The notes under the pieces are model-generated. The model saw only the letters and a list, made by a program, of their open reading frames with translations. It did no database searches and was not told where the DNA came from. The position numbers were made by a program, and so were the translations under genes. From Octopus sinensis (lineage: Eukaryota), in contig NW_021832774.1 in assembly GCF_006345805.1 (NCBI RefSeq), positions 1-37,394 on the forward strand: a stretch of DNA of 37,394 nt, in the 5' to 3' direction. This document shows, piece after piece, positions 12,776 through 24,401 of the stretch; position 1 is the first letter of the stretch, and each line of letters begins with the position of its first letter.

Positions 12776-12950
12776 GACAGGAAAAATGCTTAGCGGCATT
12801 TTTTCCATCTTCTTACGTCCTGAGATCAAATCCTGCGGAGATCAACTTTACCTTTAATTCCTTTCGAGGTCAATAGAATAAAGGACCAGTCAAGAATTGG
12901 TGTCGATATAATCCTTCGTTAAAACTGCTAGCTTATTGTCAAAATTAAAA
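12776..12950 (+). mobile_element. SINE family E copy, 5'-truncated and diverged
   Basis: AAATGCTTAGCGGCATTTT ... CTGAGATCAAATCC ... CCTTTCGAGGTC. Confidence 0.75.
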
Positions 12951-13267
12951 AGAAGCCGCACCAGTTAAGTTCTATTGACTAAAACGAATTCGAAGAATAT
13001 ACGTACAGAGTATGTAGTTATTTCGATTGAAAGTATTTGGCGTGGTGAGGAGGGTGGAAACAAAGCAAAACATTTAAACAACAGATGCATGCATCTCTAT
13101 GCACTTATGACTTTCTTTTCAGAGACGCATCACTCTGGACAAGTGTCTTCTTCCAATACTTCAAGTTAAAATTGTGCTAAAGTGTGTCATATACATATAC
13201 ATGCATACATACATATACACACACACACCACATATACATATATATACATACATATATATATATATAC

Positions 13268-13358
<91 letters not shown>

Positions 13359-13464
13359 TATATATATTCTATGCTGCTGCCGAATGGTCGTACGCGAATG
13401 AGAGGATTTGCATCCCCAACCAGAATTTTTGATGTAACACATGTCCTTGTGGAAGCTGTTGTGC

Positions 13465-13543
13465 GCGGCTGAAGAAGGCCACAGACATACATTATGCATT
13501 GTTTATAAATCTGTCTAATAAAGGGCCGAAACATATGTACCGC
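13465..13543 (+). ncRNA. Type I hammerhead ribozyme motif, intact core
   Basis: Stem I GCGG(13465-68)/CCGC(13540-43); core CTGAAGA(13469-75) plus an extra A; stem II GGCC(13477-80)/GGCC(13524-27) closing a 43-nt insert; GAAAC-ATAT-GTA with palindrome ACATATGT. Predicted cleavage after A13539. Confidence 0.8.
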
Positions 13544-13586
13544 TGAATCCTTCGCATCATGTTTTTATTTTGATCAATTTATAATA

Positions 13587-13666
<80 letters not shown>

Positions 13667-14640
13667 ACACATATATTTACAGGCTTACAGACGTAGCTGT
13701 TGACATACCTGCTCACATAACTTACATACACATATGCACCCTACATTATATGTGTATGTATGTGTGTGTGTGTGGTGTCTATATGCGTGTTTTTGTGAAT
13801 GTTTGTAGGTGTGTTTTTCACCCTTGAATATCGGCTACCGATATGAACAGCGGTTCAGTAGCCCCTTCCACTACTATTCCAAACAACTCGGTGCTGTCCG
13901 AATAAAGACATTTGCGAGATTATTTCTGAGACAAGTCACGGACACCACTTTGTCACTTCCTCTTTAGCAAACGCAGTAGAGCAGGTAGTGTCCTGTAAGA
14001 AACAGAAGACAAACGATGCCATTTTTCACCAGTTACCATTTAAAATAAACAAAATAAATATTTTTGTAACTAAATCTGTTGTGTTGAGTATACACATTTT
14101 TGAAGACATGATTATTCACGGCGGATTATTCACGTATATAGTTATGTGGATAAAAGCAGTGATTGCAAGTAGAACATTACATATCGAAAGTTTTTGAGAT
14201 GAGTTATTGACAGGTTAGTTTTAAACTCCCATGTGATTACGATATCTTTTTGTTTTTCTATGTTTCTGTGTTCTCAACATCATTTCAATCGATCTGTCTT
14301 CTAATGCCCGGTTCAAACACGCAAAATCACACATATAGCAAACACACACACACATTACACACGCGCGTGCGCAAACGTACACGGGCAGGCACATGCACAT
14401 ACGAATGAGTAGGATCGTATCTATATATCCATGTGTGTAAGCATAAATACACATATGACTGTATATTTCTATATGTGCATGTATGTATGTATGTATGTAT
14501 GTATGTATGTATGTATGCATGTATATGGTGGCTGCCTCCTTGTTATCGAGTAAGCCTAATCAATGTTGTTATCGTGCAATGCCTGTGAAAGAAGATTTTT
14601 TTAAAGTGAGGAAAGGCTGTGCACTGAGTCAATCCCACTC

Positions 14641-14780
14641 ACCCGTCTTTAGGTTCTGAGTTCAAATTCCGCCAAGGTGGACTTTGCATTGCATCCTTTC
14701 AGCGTCGGTACCAGTCGAGTACTGGGATCAATTTAATCGACTTAATCCCGCACCCGAAATTTCTAGCCTTGTGCCAAAAT
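14641..14780 (+). mobile_element. SINE family E fragment
   Basis: GTTCTGAGTTCAAATTCCGCCAAGG ... GCCTTGTGCCAAAAT. Confidence 0.8.
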
Positions 14781-14796
14781 TATTATTATTATTATT

Positions 14797-15239
14797 GAGT
14801 GAGAGAGCAGTTCATGCCATCAAAGTGACACTGGGGTAAAATATACGAAGCCCAATATACCCATCATGACTACCCGTCTGATAAGGGTACACCAGGCACA
14901 TGCATCACAACCATATGTGCGCGACATGGTGATCTCATAAAAAGATAATTAGCACATGACCTTGTAGGTGGGGCCTAGTTAGAATTTTCTTCAGGTTGAG
15001 TAGCCCATCCCGCTCAAAAGGTCCCTGAATAAGGGTTGTTTAAGGATGTTGAAAGAACCACTCATGGTTCCAGAGGTGAATTATCAACCCCAAAGAATCC
15101 CTCTCAACACATGGCTATGATGCTCCCCACTACTTCTGCTCGTGATCAGAGATGCACATATCGTCAGCCACTAAGGGACGTGCTCAACTGGTTAAAGTCA
15201 AACAACTGACAAGCAAATCTGTGGTACTGAGCTGAATAT
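14797..15239 (-). mobile_element. About 440-bp non-coding element embedded in (TAA)n; probable retrotransposon 3' end or non-autonomous element
   Basis: High-complexity sequence with sharp (TTA)n boundaries at 14779-14796 and 15240-15288. No ORF and no tRNA head. Strand is inferred from the (AAT)n tail. Confidence 0.55.
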
Positions 15240-15290
15240 TTATTATTATTATTATTATTATTATTTATTATTATTATTATTATTATTAAC

Positions 15291-15347
<57 letters not shown>

Positions 15348-15354
15348 GGTGGTG

Positions 15355-15403
<49 letters not shown>

Positions 15404-15764
15404 CAGTAGTTATTATTCTTGTTCTGTTGTTTCTTGCATTAACTACATTAACAACAGAATGAAACAAAATTATCACTTTTATAATTAATAACAACAGCAA
15501 GAACAACAACAATAGTAATGATGATGATGATGATGATGATGAAACTTATTACGTTTATAGCAATAATTATTCTTGTTGCTCGTGTCAATGTTACTGTTGT
15601 CGAAAAACAGCGAAAACACGTCAACAACCGCAGACGCTAATAGCACCATCAACAACAACATCGACAAAACTATTACCATTAACATCGGTATCACCATTGC
15701 CGTCAGCATCAACAACAGTAACAAACACATTAATAATAATAATAATATAATAATAATAGTAATG

Positions 15765-15858
<94 letters not shown>

Positions 15859-16115
15859 TAATAATAATAATAATATTAGTAATAATAATAATGAACACCG
15901 ACTTCTCTATCGTCAGCATCATCATCGACAACAACAGCAACAAAAACAACATCATCAGTACCATTAACAGCAGCAACGACACCAGCATCAACATCTATTT
16001 CATCACCAGCATCACCAACATCGCTGCCAACAACGACAACAACAAAAGTAGTAGCGAAGCAGCAAAAACAACAACAGCAACAACAATAATAATAATAATA
16101 ATAATAATAATCATA
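15240..16115. repeat. Trinucleotide mosaic: (TTA)-(TAG)-(TGG)-(TAG), (GAT), (AAT)n
   Basis: Directly visible. Confidence 0.9.
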
Positions 16116-16770
16116 ATTGTGAGACAAAATTGGGAAATATTGACAAATGTTCCGAGTGTTCTGCTCTTGAAAGCATGAAAGCGTTGCAAATTATTACCGT
16201 AATTGCTTTTATTACACTGTCGTGTACACCTGATTGACTGCTTTCCTTTATCGACTTGACGGAACGATATCAAGAATACTTCAGCGGTCAGACAGACATA
16301 CAGACGTACAGAGGGACAGACAGATAGACAGACAATCAGGCGGACAGATTATCAGACAAACCGAATAGACAGACAGGCAGGCAGGAAGACAAATCTATAA
16401 AAGCACAGAGGCAGAGCGAAAGTAATTGTTAAATAGTCAAGAAGTGAGTAGAAAGAGTGTTTGTTTTTCCTTTTAGAGAAAGTAAAGGCTTAAGTCAGAA
16501 GAGTAAAAGAGAGCATATATATATATATATATATATAATATCTTTCAGTCACGAGATGGAAGGACAAATAATAAGAGACATGACAAAGTGATTAGAAGAA
16601 GAATATGGAGAATAAAAAAAGATAGAATGTTACATAATAATTTATCTGCTGCCTATAAAATAGCTACATGTCTTTTTTTTTCTCTTTTGTATTCTCTTAA
16701 ATACAATCTTGTAAAACTAAATCATTATATACACAAACGCAAATACGCACACGCACTCACACACACACAC

Positions 16771-17035
16771 GACGTATGAGTGTTCAGCTTTTGCCGAACG
16801 ACCTGCTCAAGTGATTTGCTTATAGGGATCAATTGTATGTACCATACATTAGCTCACTCGCCACCCCATCAAATCGACGTGGCCTGAACAGTGGCACGAT
16901 GTAACACGCATCAGGGGTCGAAGTGGTCGCAGAGTAACGTGAGATAATGTGTTATTGCTCAAGAACACAACGCATTATCAGGAATTGAAACCACGATCTA
17001 ACGATCGCACCACCCTATGGACTAGGTCATGCATC
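16771..17035 (-). mobile_element. tRNA-derived SINE with CORE-like segment (family C)
   Basis: Revcomp has GGTTTCAATTCC and GTTGTGTTCTTGAGCAA. The body closely matches 36423-36716 (TTCAGCTTTTGCCGAACGACCTGC on the plus strand). Confidence 0.8.
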
Positions 17036-17201
17036 GTCCTAATCAGCCGAAATTGCGAGGATAATCTGGTGCTTGACTGAGGAAAGAAAACCTCGAATGA
17101 CCCGTCCTTGTTTTCTTTGTATCGTCTATCTGGATAGTTTGCTGTCCACTTTTGTAACACTTAGCTGTCCGGATGTTTTGCGTTCTGGTCCCATTTTGTA
17201 T

Positions 17202-17232
<31 letters not shown>

Positions 17233-17594
17233 GATATATATATATATATATATAAGATGAATGTTTTATATATAATGAACTTTAATACAGAAGGGACGAA
17301 CACGGAACACAGACAAATCATTCGAAGCCTTCATCTTCAGTCAGACAACGCGATCATCATAGCAAATGGCTGTTCAATTCTGATATTTGCTCCAACTCGG
17401 CCACCCCAGAAAAAAAACTAAGCTGTAAGCATTAGATTTCTTGGTAGAAGACAGGATGTGAACGCACAGACGGATTTTGAATACAAGAGACGAAAACGAA
17501 TTGAAAACAGTATGAAAAACAAATGTATATACGGTGGTTGTCATATATTTATATATATAGATCATATACATACATATATATATATTATATATCT

Positions 17595-17633
<39 letters not shown>

Positions 17634-17697
17634 TATATGATTGACCGCTAAATCCATAAGTTAAATTTATTCTCTCTGTGTTTATTTCTTCGTGTTC

Positions 17698-17734
17698 CTT
17701 TCTGTTGAAGAGCGCAGTAATCGAAATGTAAAAG
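17698..17734 (+). ncRNA. Degenerate hammerhead motif, CUGUUGA variant
   Basis: CTTT-CTGTTGA-A-GAGC gcag TAATC-GAAAT GTA-AAAG. Homologous to 34615-34648; stem II and stem III are damaged. Confidence 0.55.
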
Positions 17735-17907
17735 ACCTCCTCACCTTCCCGAGCGTCAAACTAACACACCTGCTTATTGTTTATACACCAGTCTTCGTCT
17801 TTTGTTCTTCTGTAAATTTCAACTATATACATACATATCTATAAGAGATTGTTGTGTGTGTGGGGGGGGGAACAAACACAGATACACACAGAGTCACGCC
17901 TGTGTCT

Positions 17908-17956
<49 letters not shown>

Positions 17957-18978
17957 AACATATATGTATGTGTACACACACACACATATACATGGGCTCC
18001 TATACTGGGTCCTCCCAAATTCCAATACTGGCATTGGTCAACACGAGAACACGACAGAAAATTCATGTCAAACCGAACTTGTTAACCAAGTAGCAATGTC
18101 TGTGCCTATTATGTGTGTGTGTGGGTGCGTGCATTTGTGCATGTGCATGTGTGTATGTGTGTGTGTCTGTACGTGTGTACGTGTCTATGTGCGTATGTGT
18201 GTGCGCGCGCACATCTCTCTGCTCTTTAAACTATGAGTAACCAAAGAAATCTGATGAAATTATTTTGTGAAAAAAATAATCAAATAGAATGTAAATTGCA
18301 TCAAATCTAATCAGAAAATAGATTTAGTCATATCATAATATATAAAATTAAATGTGTGTATATGGGGTGTGTGAGCAGATAGATGAATGGAAAATAATAA
18401 TAAAAGAAAAGGTGATGTGAGAGGAATGGGAAGGTGTGATGTTTGAGGAAGTGAGAATCGCATTTAATGTGAAAGACAATTGGAATGTACGCTGCTGCTA
18501 GGTGGAGAGAGAAAATATATATATCGTGGTAAGGAAATAAGAGAGAGAGGGAGCGAGAGAGGAGAGAGGGGAAACGGATGGAGAGACAGGGGTGGAGAGA
18601 CAGTTGGTGAGTGAGTGAGTGAGAGGAACTGCTGTCGCCAAGAAGAGAGCTAAAATTGAGACGGGCTGTTGCCGAGACAATGAGACAGTGGGTACTTTGG
18701 GAAGTAACCAATAGAAAAAAGGAGTAGGTTTAATCACGTGAATAATTGACAAGGGGAGAAAACAATGCTATTTTAGTTTGTTTTCTTTATGTGTTTATGG
18801 TATGAGGAAGTGGCCTTTCCGGTCGATCTTATTGGTTAAAAATTTAGAAACCATGAGGCAAGGACAACGAAAATAATGTTGGCTAATTACTAATCGGAGA
18901 CTATGGTGATAAACTACCACTAAAGCATTTCAAAACGATGGTACTGCATTTTTCGTTAGAATTTCACCAACATATGTA

Positions 18979-19460
18979 GACGAGGGGTGGCTGTGTGGTT
19001 AGAAGCTTGCTTCCCAATCACATGGTTCCCAGTACGGTCCCACTGCGTGGCGCCTTAGACAAGTATCTTCCGCTATATCCTGGGATTTGGTAGACGGAAG
19101 TTGAAAGAAGCCCGACCTATATATGTGTATATCAGTGTTTGAGTGTGTCTTTATGTCTATGTTTGTCTCCCCACCCACCGCTTGACAACTGGTGTTGGTG
19201 TGTTTACGTCCCCGAAAATTAGCGTTTCGGCAAAAAAAATGTGATAGGATACTCTCTTTTACTCTTTTACTTGTCAGACATTTGACTGCAGCTATGCTGG
19301 AGCACCGCCTTTAGTCGAGCAAATCGACCCTAGGATTTATTCTTTGTAAGCCCAGTACTTATTCTATCGGTCTCTTTTGCTGAACCGCTAACTGACGGGG
19401 ACATAAACACACCAGCATCGTTTGTCAAGCAATGCTAGGGGGACAAACACAGACACACAA

Positions 19461-19503
<43 letters not shown>

Positions 19504-19792
19504 ACACACACACACACATATACATATATATACAACGGGTTTCTTTGAGTTTCCGTCTACTAAATCCACTCACAAAGCTTTGGTCGGCTTGAGGCTATAG
19601 TAGAAGACACTTGCCCAAGATACCACGCTGTGGGACTGAACCCGGAGCCAAGTGGTTGGTAAGCATGCTACTTACCACACAGCCATTGCTGTGCCTATAG
19701 AATAAGTACCAGGCTTTAAAAAAAAGTCCCTTCGAGGCGGCACCCCAGCATGGCTGCAGTCATGTGACTGAAACAAGTAAAAGAAAGAGAAT
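18979..19792 (+). mobile_element. SINE family G (older copy), split by the nested insertion at 19252-19696
   Basis: Head TGGCTGTGTGGTTAGAAGC and a CORE-like segment. The body stops at 19251 and resumes at 19697 with the tail GGCGGCACCCCAGCATGG...GAAACAAGTAAAAGA. Confidence 0.8.
19252..19696 (-). mobile_element. SINE family G, full-length copy with internal (TG)n
   Basis: Revcomp has TGGCTGTGTGGTAAG, GGTTCAGTCCC, CTTGGGCAAGTGTCTT and the tail GTAAAAGAGTAAAAGAGAGT. Flanked by ATAGGATA (19244-51) and ATAGAATA (19697-704). Confidence 0.9.
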
Positions 19793-20693
19793 AAAAAATA
19801 TAGAACAATAAATGTACGTCCCACATGCAACTCTATATGAATAAGAATAGACTGTACAAGCATCTCAATATGTGTCGTTGTAACAAATGTTATCTGATGT
19901 AGGATATGAACGCACATGCCATGTGATAGATAACATTATAATGTATGTCCTGCATTGTGTTAAACGTGTGATGTTTCATGAGGCAACTAATAATGCATCT
20001 CAGTACTGGGGCATCTTACATGTATTTTCCACAAATACACAACAAAATTCTTGATAGAGAAGCATTGAAAAAAAATATTAGCAATATTTTCCGCCAAGCT
20101 ATAGAACGAAGCACAGGAAGATTGTGGCGGCTGTACTGATTCAAAAACATTCTGACTTCAATAGACAGGCAAATGGCAAATCGTGACATTTGTGGGTTAT
20201 AAAAGTAATAGCCTCACCAATGACTTTTTAAGTCAACTGGTCATGCAGTGTTTGATGTCAGACAACGCCAAGCCGAAAACAAAGACCACTATACATTCAG
20301 ACTAGGAAAACGAAGACAAACACAGGAACCTAAAATATATCACGTGAGTGAATGTTGAAAATAACAAGCATATACTTTTATTTGTTTATTTATTTTTTTA
20401 TAAAACTGTAGTATTACAGTTTTGTTGTTGAAAATATAAACGAAAACAAGATCTATAAATTTCAAAACATTTAGCGGATATCTTTTATTAATGTTTTAGC
20501 ATATGTTTGAAAGAGGTGCTGATCCTCATATACAAGAACACACAGGCGCACGCATACACATACTTTATAGATATATATATATATATATATAATTATATAT
20601 TTATAGTTAATCCAAACATGAAAACACAACAACGCGAGGACGTGGAACAAATATAGCATTATTGGACGCTCAGGAAGGAAGGGAAGAAGGGGG

Positions 20694-20728
20694 ATTTAAC
20701 GTTTCGAGCGGAGCTCTTCGTCAGAAAC
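20694..20728 (-). ncRNA. Minimal type I hammerhead ribozyme motif, intact core
   Basis: Minus strand reads GTTT-CTGACGA-A-GAGC tcc GCTC-GAAAC GTT-AAAT. Stem III is the loopless palindrome AACGTT. Predicted cleavage between plus-strand positions 20698 and 20697. Confidence 0.8.
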
Positions 20729-20792
20729 AAAGGAAAAGGAAAGATCCAGAGAAGGAAGACGGAGGAAAAATCGCCACGGTACACACAACGGG

Positions 20793-20838
<46 letters not shown>

Positions 20839-21422
20839 CGTAAGTGTATGTGCGGGTTAGTGTGTATGTTTTTATGTATGTATGTATGCATATATGTTCC
20901 CATACACACACATATGATCGTGTATTCTTGTACAAGTAAAGTTGACTATTATTACAATAAGTTTCTTGTTAAGACTAATAAAGAAATAATCCACAGATAT
21001 TCTCTAAATATGCGCATGGAATTTATAATAAATACTTAGTCTTCAATACGTATTGAGCATTGTTTATCATATTCATGAGGATACTTAGTTTACAAAGCTT
21101 CTTTTGAACATCCGCATATTGTAATTAGCTGTTTATAACTATTTACCTGCTAGTTAAGGAGTTAATATAGGAGTGTAAAAGTAGGATGCTATCAGTAGAA
21201 GAGTGATAGTAGGAGATGTATAATTAATGTGGCTGAGAGACGGGTGTTTATCAGTCACGCTTCACCCGAATGAGTCAAGGGAAATCATGGGTGATAGGGA
21301 ATTAGAATGAAAGCGATCTGGAGTTAGGGGTTAATCAATTGATCGGAGTGTTTGGTATCATTTGACAGAAAATACAGCTATAAAGTAATTATTGTTTCAA
21401 GCAAGAGACTGTTATCTCTGAT

Positions 21423-21502
<80 letters not shown>

Positions 21503-22120
21503 GCAAGAGAGAGAGAGAGCGAGACACACACACACAAAAACACATAAACACACACACACACACGCATATATATATGAGCAGGTGTACTATTATGCTTTAG
21601 CATCTGTTTGTCTTTTCCTTCTATGTGCCTCCCTCAAACGCCCCATGACATCCGTTTCAAAACAAACGTTGAGAATGGTGTATCGACAGCAAAGACAGCT
21701 ATTCTGAAGGAGACAAGAACAGTTAAATTTTAAGTAGTTAATTTCTTTAAAAATAAAAGAATATTGATAGTTTTTTTTTTCTTCTTTCTTTTTTGTTTTG
21801 TTTCGAGTGACCTCGTAAGTATGAAGGAGTGAAAGTAGTTACACATGTTTACTCTACCGAATTAGAGCGTGTATTCTGACAGGCCACCTGCTTAGTAGGA
21901 AGGTCATAAATAATATCGGTTTCGAGAAAATGGGAACATTTACACTTCGTCATACATTTCGCAGCCATTTAACCTTAAGAGGGTCATACAGATTTTAATT
22001 GTCCCAGATAGCATGATCATCTCCAGAGTCCCTATTTATGAAGCTAAATTCGTTGTTCAATGACAACTTGATCCAGCCATCTTGGTATGTATGTTGCTTC
22101 ATAAAAAAAATGCATGAAAA

Positions 22121-22933
22121 GGCAGCGAGCTGGCAGAATCGTTACCGTGCTAAGGCGACGAGCTGGCAGAAATGTTAGCACGCCGGGCGAAATACGTAGC
22201 CGTATTTCGTCTGCCGTTACGTTCTGAGTTCAAATTCCGCCGCGGTCGACTTTGCCTTTCATACTTTCGGGTTCAATAAATTAACTACCAGTTACTCACT
22301 GGGGTCGATGTAATCACCTTAATCCGTTTGTCTGTCCTTGTTTGTCCCCTCTGTGTTTAGCCCCTTGCGGGTAGTAAAGAAACAGGTATTTCGTCTGCCG
22401 CTACGTTCTGAGTTCAAATTCCGCCGCGGTCGACTTTGTCTTTCATCCTTTCGGGGTCAATAAATTAAGTACCAGTTACGCACTGGGGTCGATGTAATCA
22501 CCTTAATCCGTTTGTCTGTCCTTGTTTGTCTCCTCTGTGTTTAGCCCCTTGTGGGTAGTAAAGAAATAGGTATTTCGTCTGTCTTCACGTTCTGAGTTCA
22601 AATTCCGCCGAGGTCGATTTTGCCTTTCATCCATTCCGGGTCGATAAATTAAATACCAGTTGCGTTCTGGGTCGATCTAATCGACTGGCTGCTCCCCGAA
22701 AATTTCGGGGCTTGTGCCAAGAGAAGAAAAGAACCGTTACCGTACTGAGGAAAATGGCTAGTGATATTTCTTTCTACCTTACGTTCTGAGTTCAAATGCC
22801 GCCGAGGTCGATTTTTGCCTTTCATCCCTTCGGGGTCGATTAAAGTAAGTACCAAATGAGCACTGGAGTCGATGTTAGCGACTACCCCACACCTCCGATT
22901 TTGCTGGCCTTGTGCCAAAATTTGAAGCCAATA
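22121..22933 (+). mobile_element. Older SINE family E copy (22121-22151 and 22747-22933), interrupted by a composite insertion
   Basis: The head GGCAGCGAGCTGGCAGAATCGTTACCGTGCT resumes after the duplication at 22732-22746. Confidence 0.75.
22152..22731 (+). mobile_element. Composite SINE: one head plus three tandem modules with 184-bp period
   Basis: GTATTTCGTCTG module starts at 22202, 22386 and 22570. Flanking duplication AATCGTTACCGTGCT (22137-51) / AACCGTTACCGTACT (22732-46), 13/15. Confidence 0.9.
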
Positions 22934-23092
22934 ATACGTATGTATAAATACAGTTGTATATATTATGTATCTATGTGTTTATGCGTGTGAGTTATATGTA
23001 TACTTAAACTCCAAAGCTGTCTCAATGTCGTCCATAACGCTATATACTCCATTACACACAAGTTCCCATAGATCGAAGCCTAAGTAAACGTG

Positions 23093-23129
<37 letters not shown>

Positions 23130-23631
23130 TACCACCACGTACACATACTGATGCACGAGCGTATAAGTATAGATAAACATAAAAAAAAACTCTTTTCATA
23201 CACAAATACGTATACGCCTGCTTACTTACATATATACATATTACGTACATCCTTATATATGTGTGTGTGTGTGTGTGTGTATGTGCGTGTGTGTGTATGT
23301 ATACATATATATACGTACACATATGCTTACATACAGACATTGATACACACACACAAACATATATATATATATATACATACACACACATACACGCGCACAC
23401 ATATACACACACATATATACACATGCAATCTTAGATACAAACAGACACATTTGCACTAAAAAAAACACGTAGTTCAACAGAAACAAGATTCTGAAACACA
23501 TATTGAATTTTAATGATAAATGATGAATGAGTGTGTTACACATCTTAGAAATTTGACTCATTATCTACTCACAGACGCATACACATGCACACATGCATAC
23601 ACATACAGGCATAAAAAAGTGTTATGCACAG

Positions 23632-23663
<32 letters not shown>

Positions 23664-24006
23664 ATAAACGTATATGAACATATATATACCTTACACGCAT
23701 TATATGTAAGTAATATATACAAAATTATCAGTGTGAGACTTTCTTTCATGGTGTTTTCCACAATCTAACAATCGATTTTACTGAGCAGCGCTATAAATTT
23801 AGCAATTTCGAAAAATTATACATATAAATATTTATAGATGAATGCATGCGTACATATGCACACGCATACATACATATACATGCAAGCACGCACAGATGCA
23901 TACACACACACGCACACACACTTACAATCGCATACATGCAAGCATATATAAATAAACTGTACTCAAAATATGAAAGTGAACATCCATAGAATACATACAT
24001 ATATAA

Positions 24007-24050
<44 letters not shown>

Positions 24051-24169
24051 ACTGCATCCTTTTTATGTTTTATATCCTGTCTCGCACTAAGTGTTTTGTA
24101 TATCTGGCTATATCTTTTGCGTATATAAGATACACACCTGAAAAGGCAACAGTTACACAATATCATTCA

Positions 24170-24401
24170 AGGCGACGAGCTGGCAGAAACGTTAGCACGC
24201 CGGGCGAAATGCGTAGCCGTATTTCGTCTGTCGTTACGTTCTGAGTTCAAATTCCGCCGAGGTCGACTTTGCCTTTCATCCTTTCGGGGTCGATAAAGTA
24301 AGTACCAGTTACGCACTGGGGTTGATGTAATCGACTTAATCCATTTGTCTGTCCTTGTTTGTCCCCTCTGTGTTTAGCCCCTTGTGGGTAGTAAAGAAAT
24401 A
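24170..24401 (+). mobile_element. Young monomeric SINE family E copy
   Basis: Perfect 11-bp TSD AATATCATTCA (24159-69 and 24402-12); CpG-rich head intact. Confidence 0.95.

Noticed and set aside
22202-22731. Regular repeats as a CRISPR array
   Set aside because: These are 184-bp SINE modules with no unique spacers, in a eukaryotic context.
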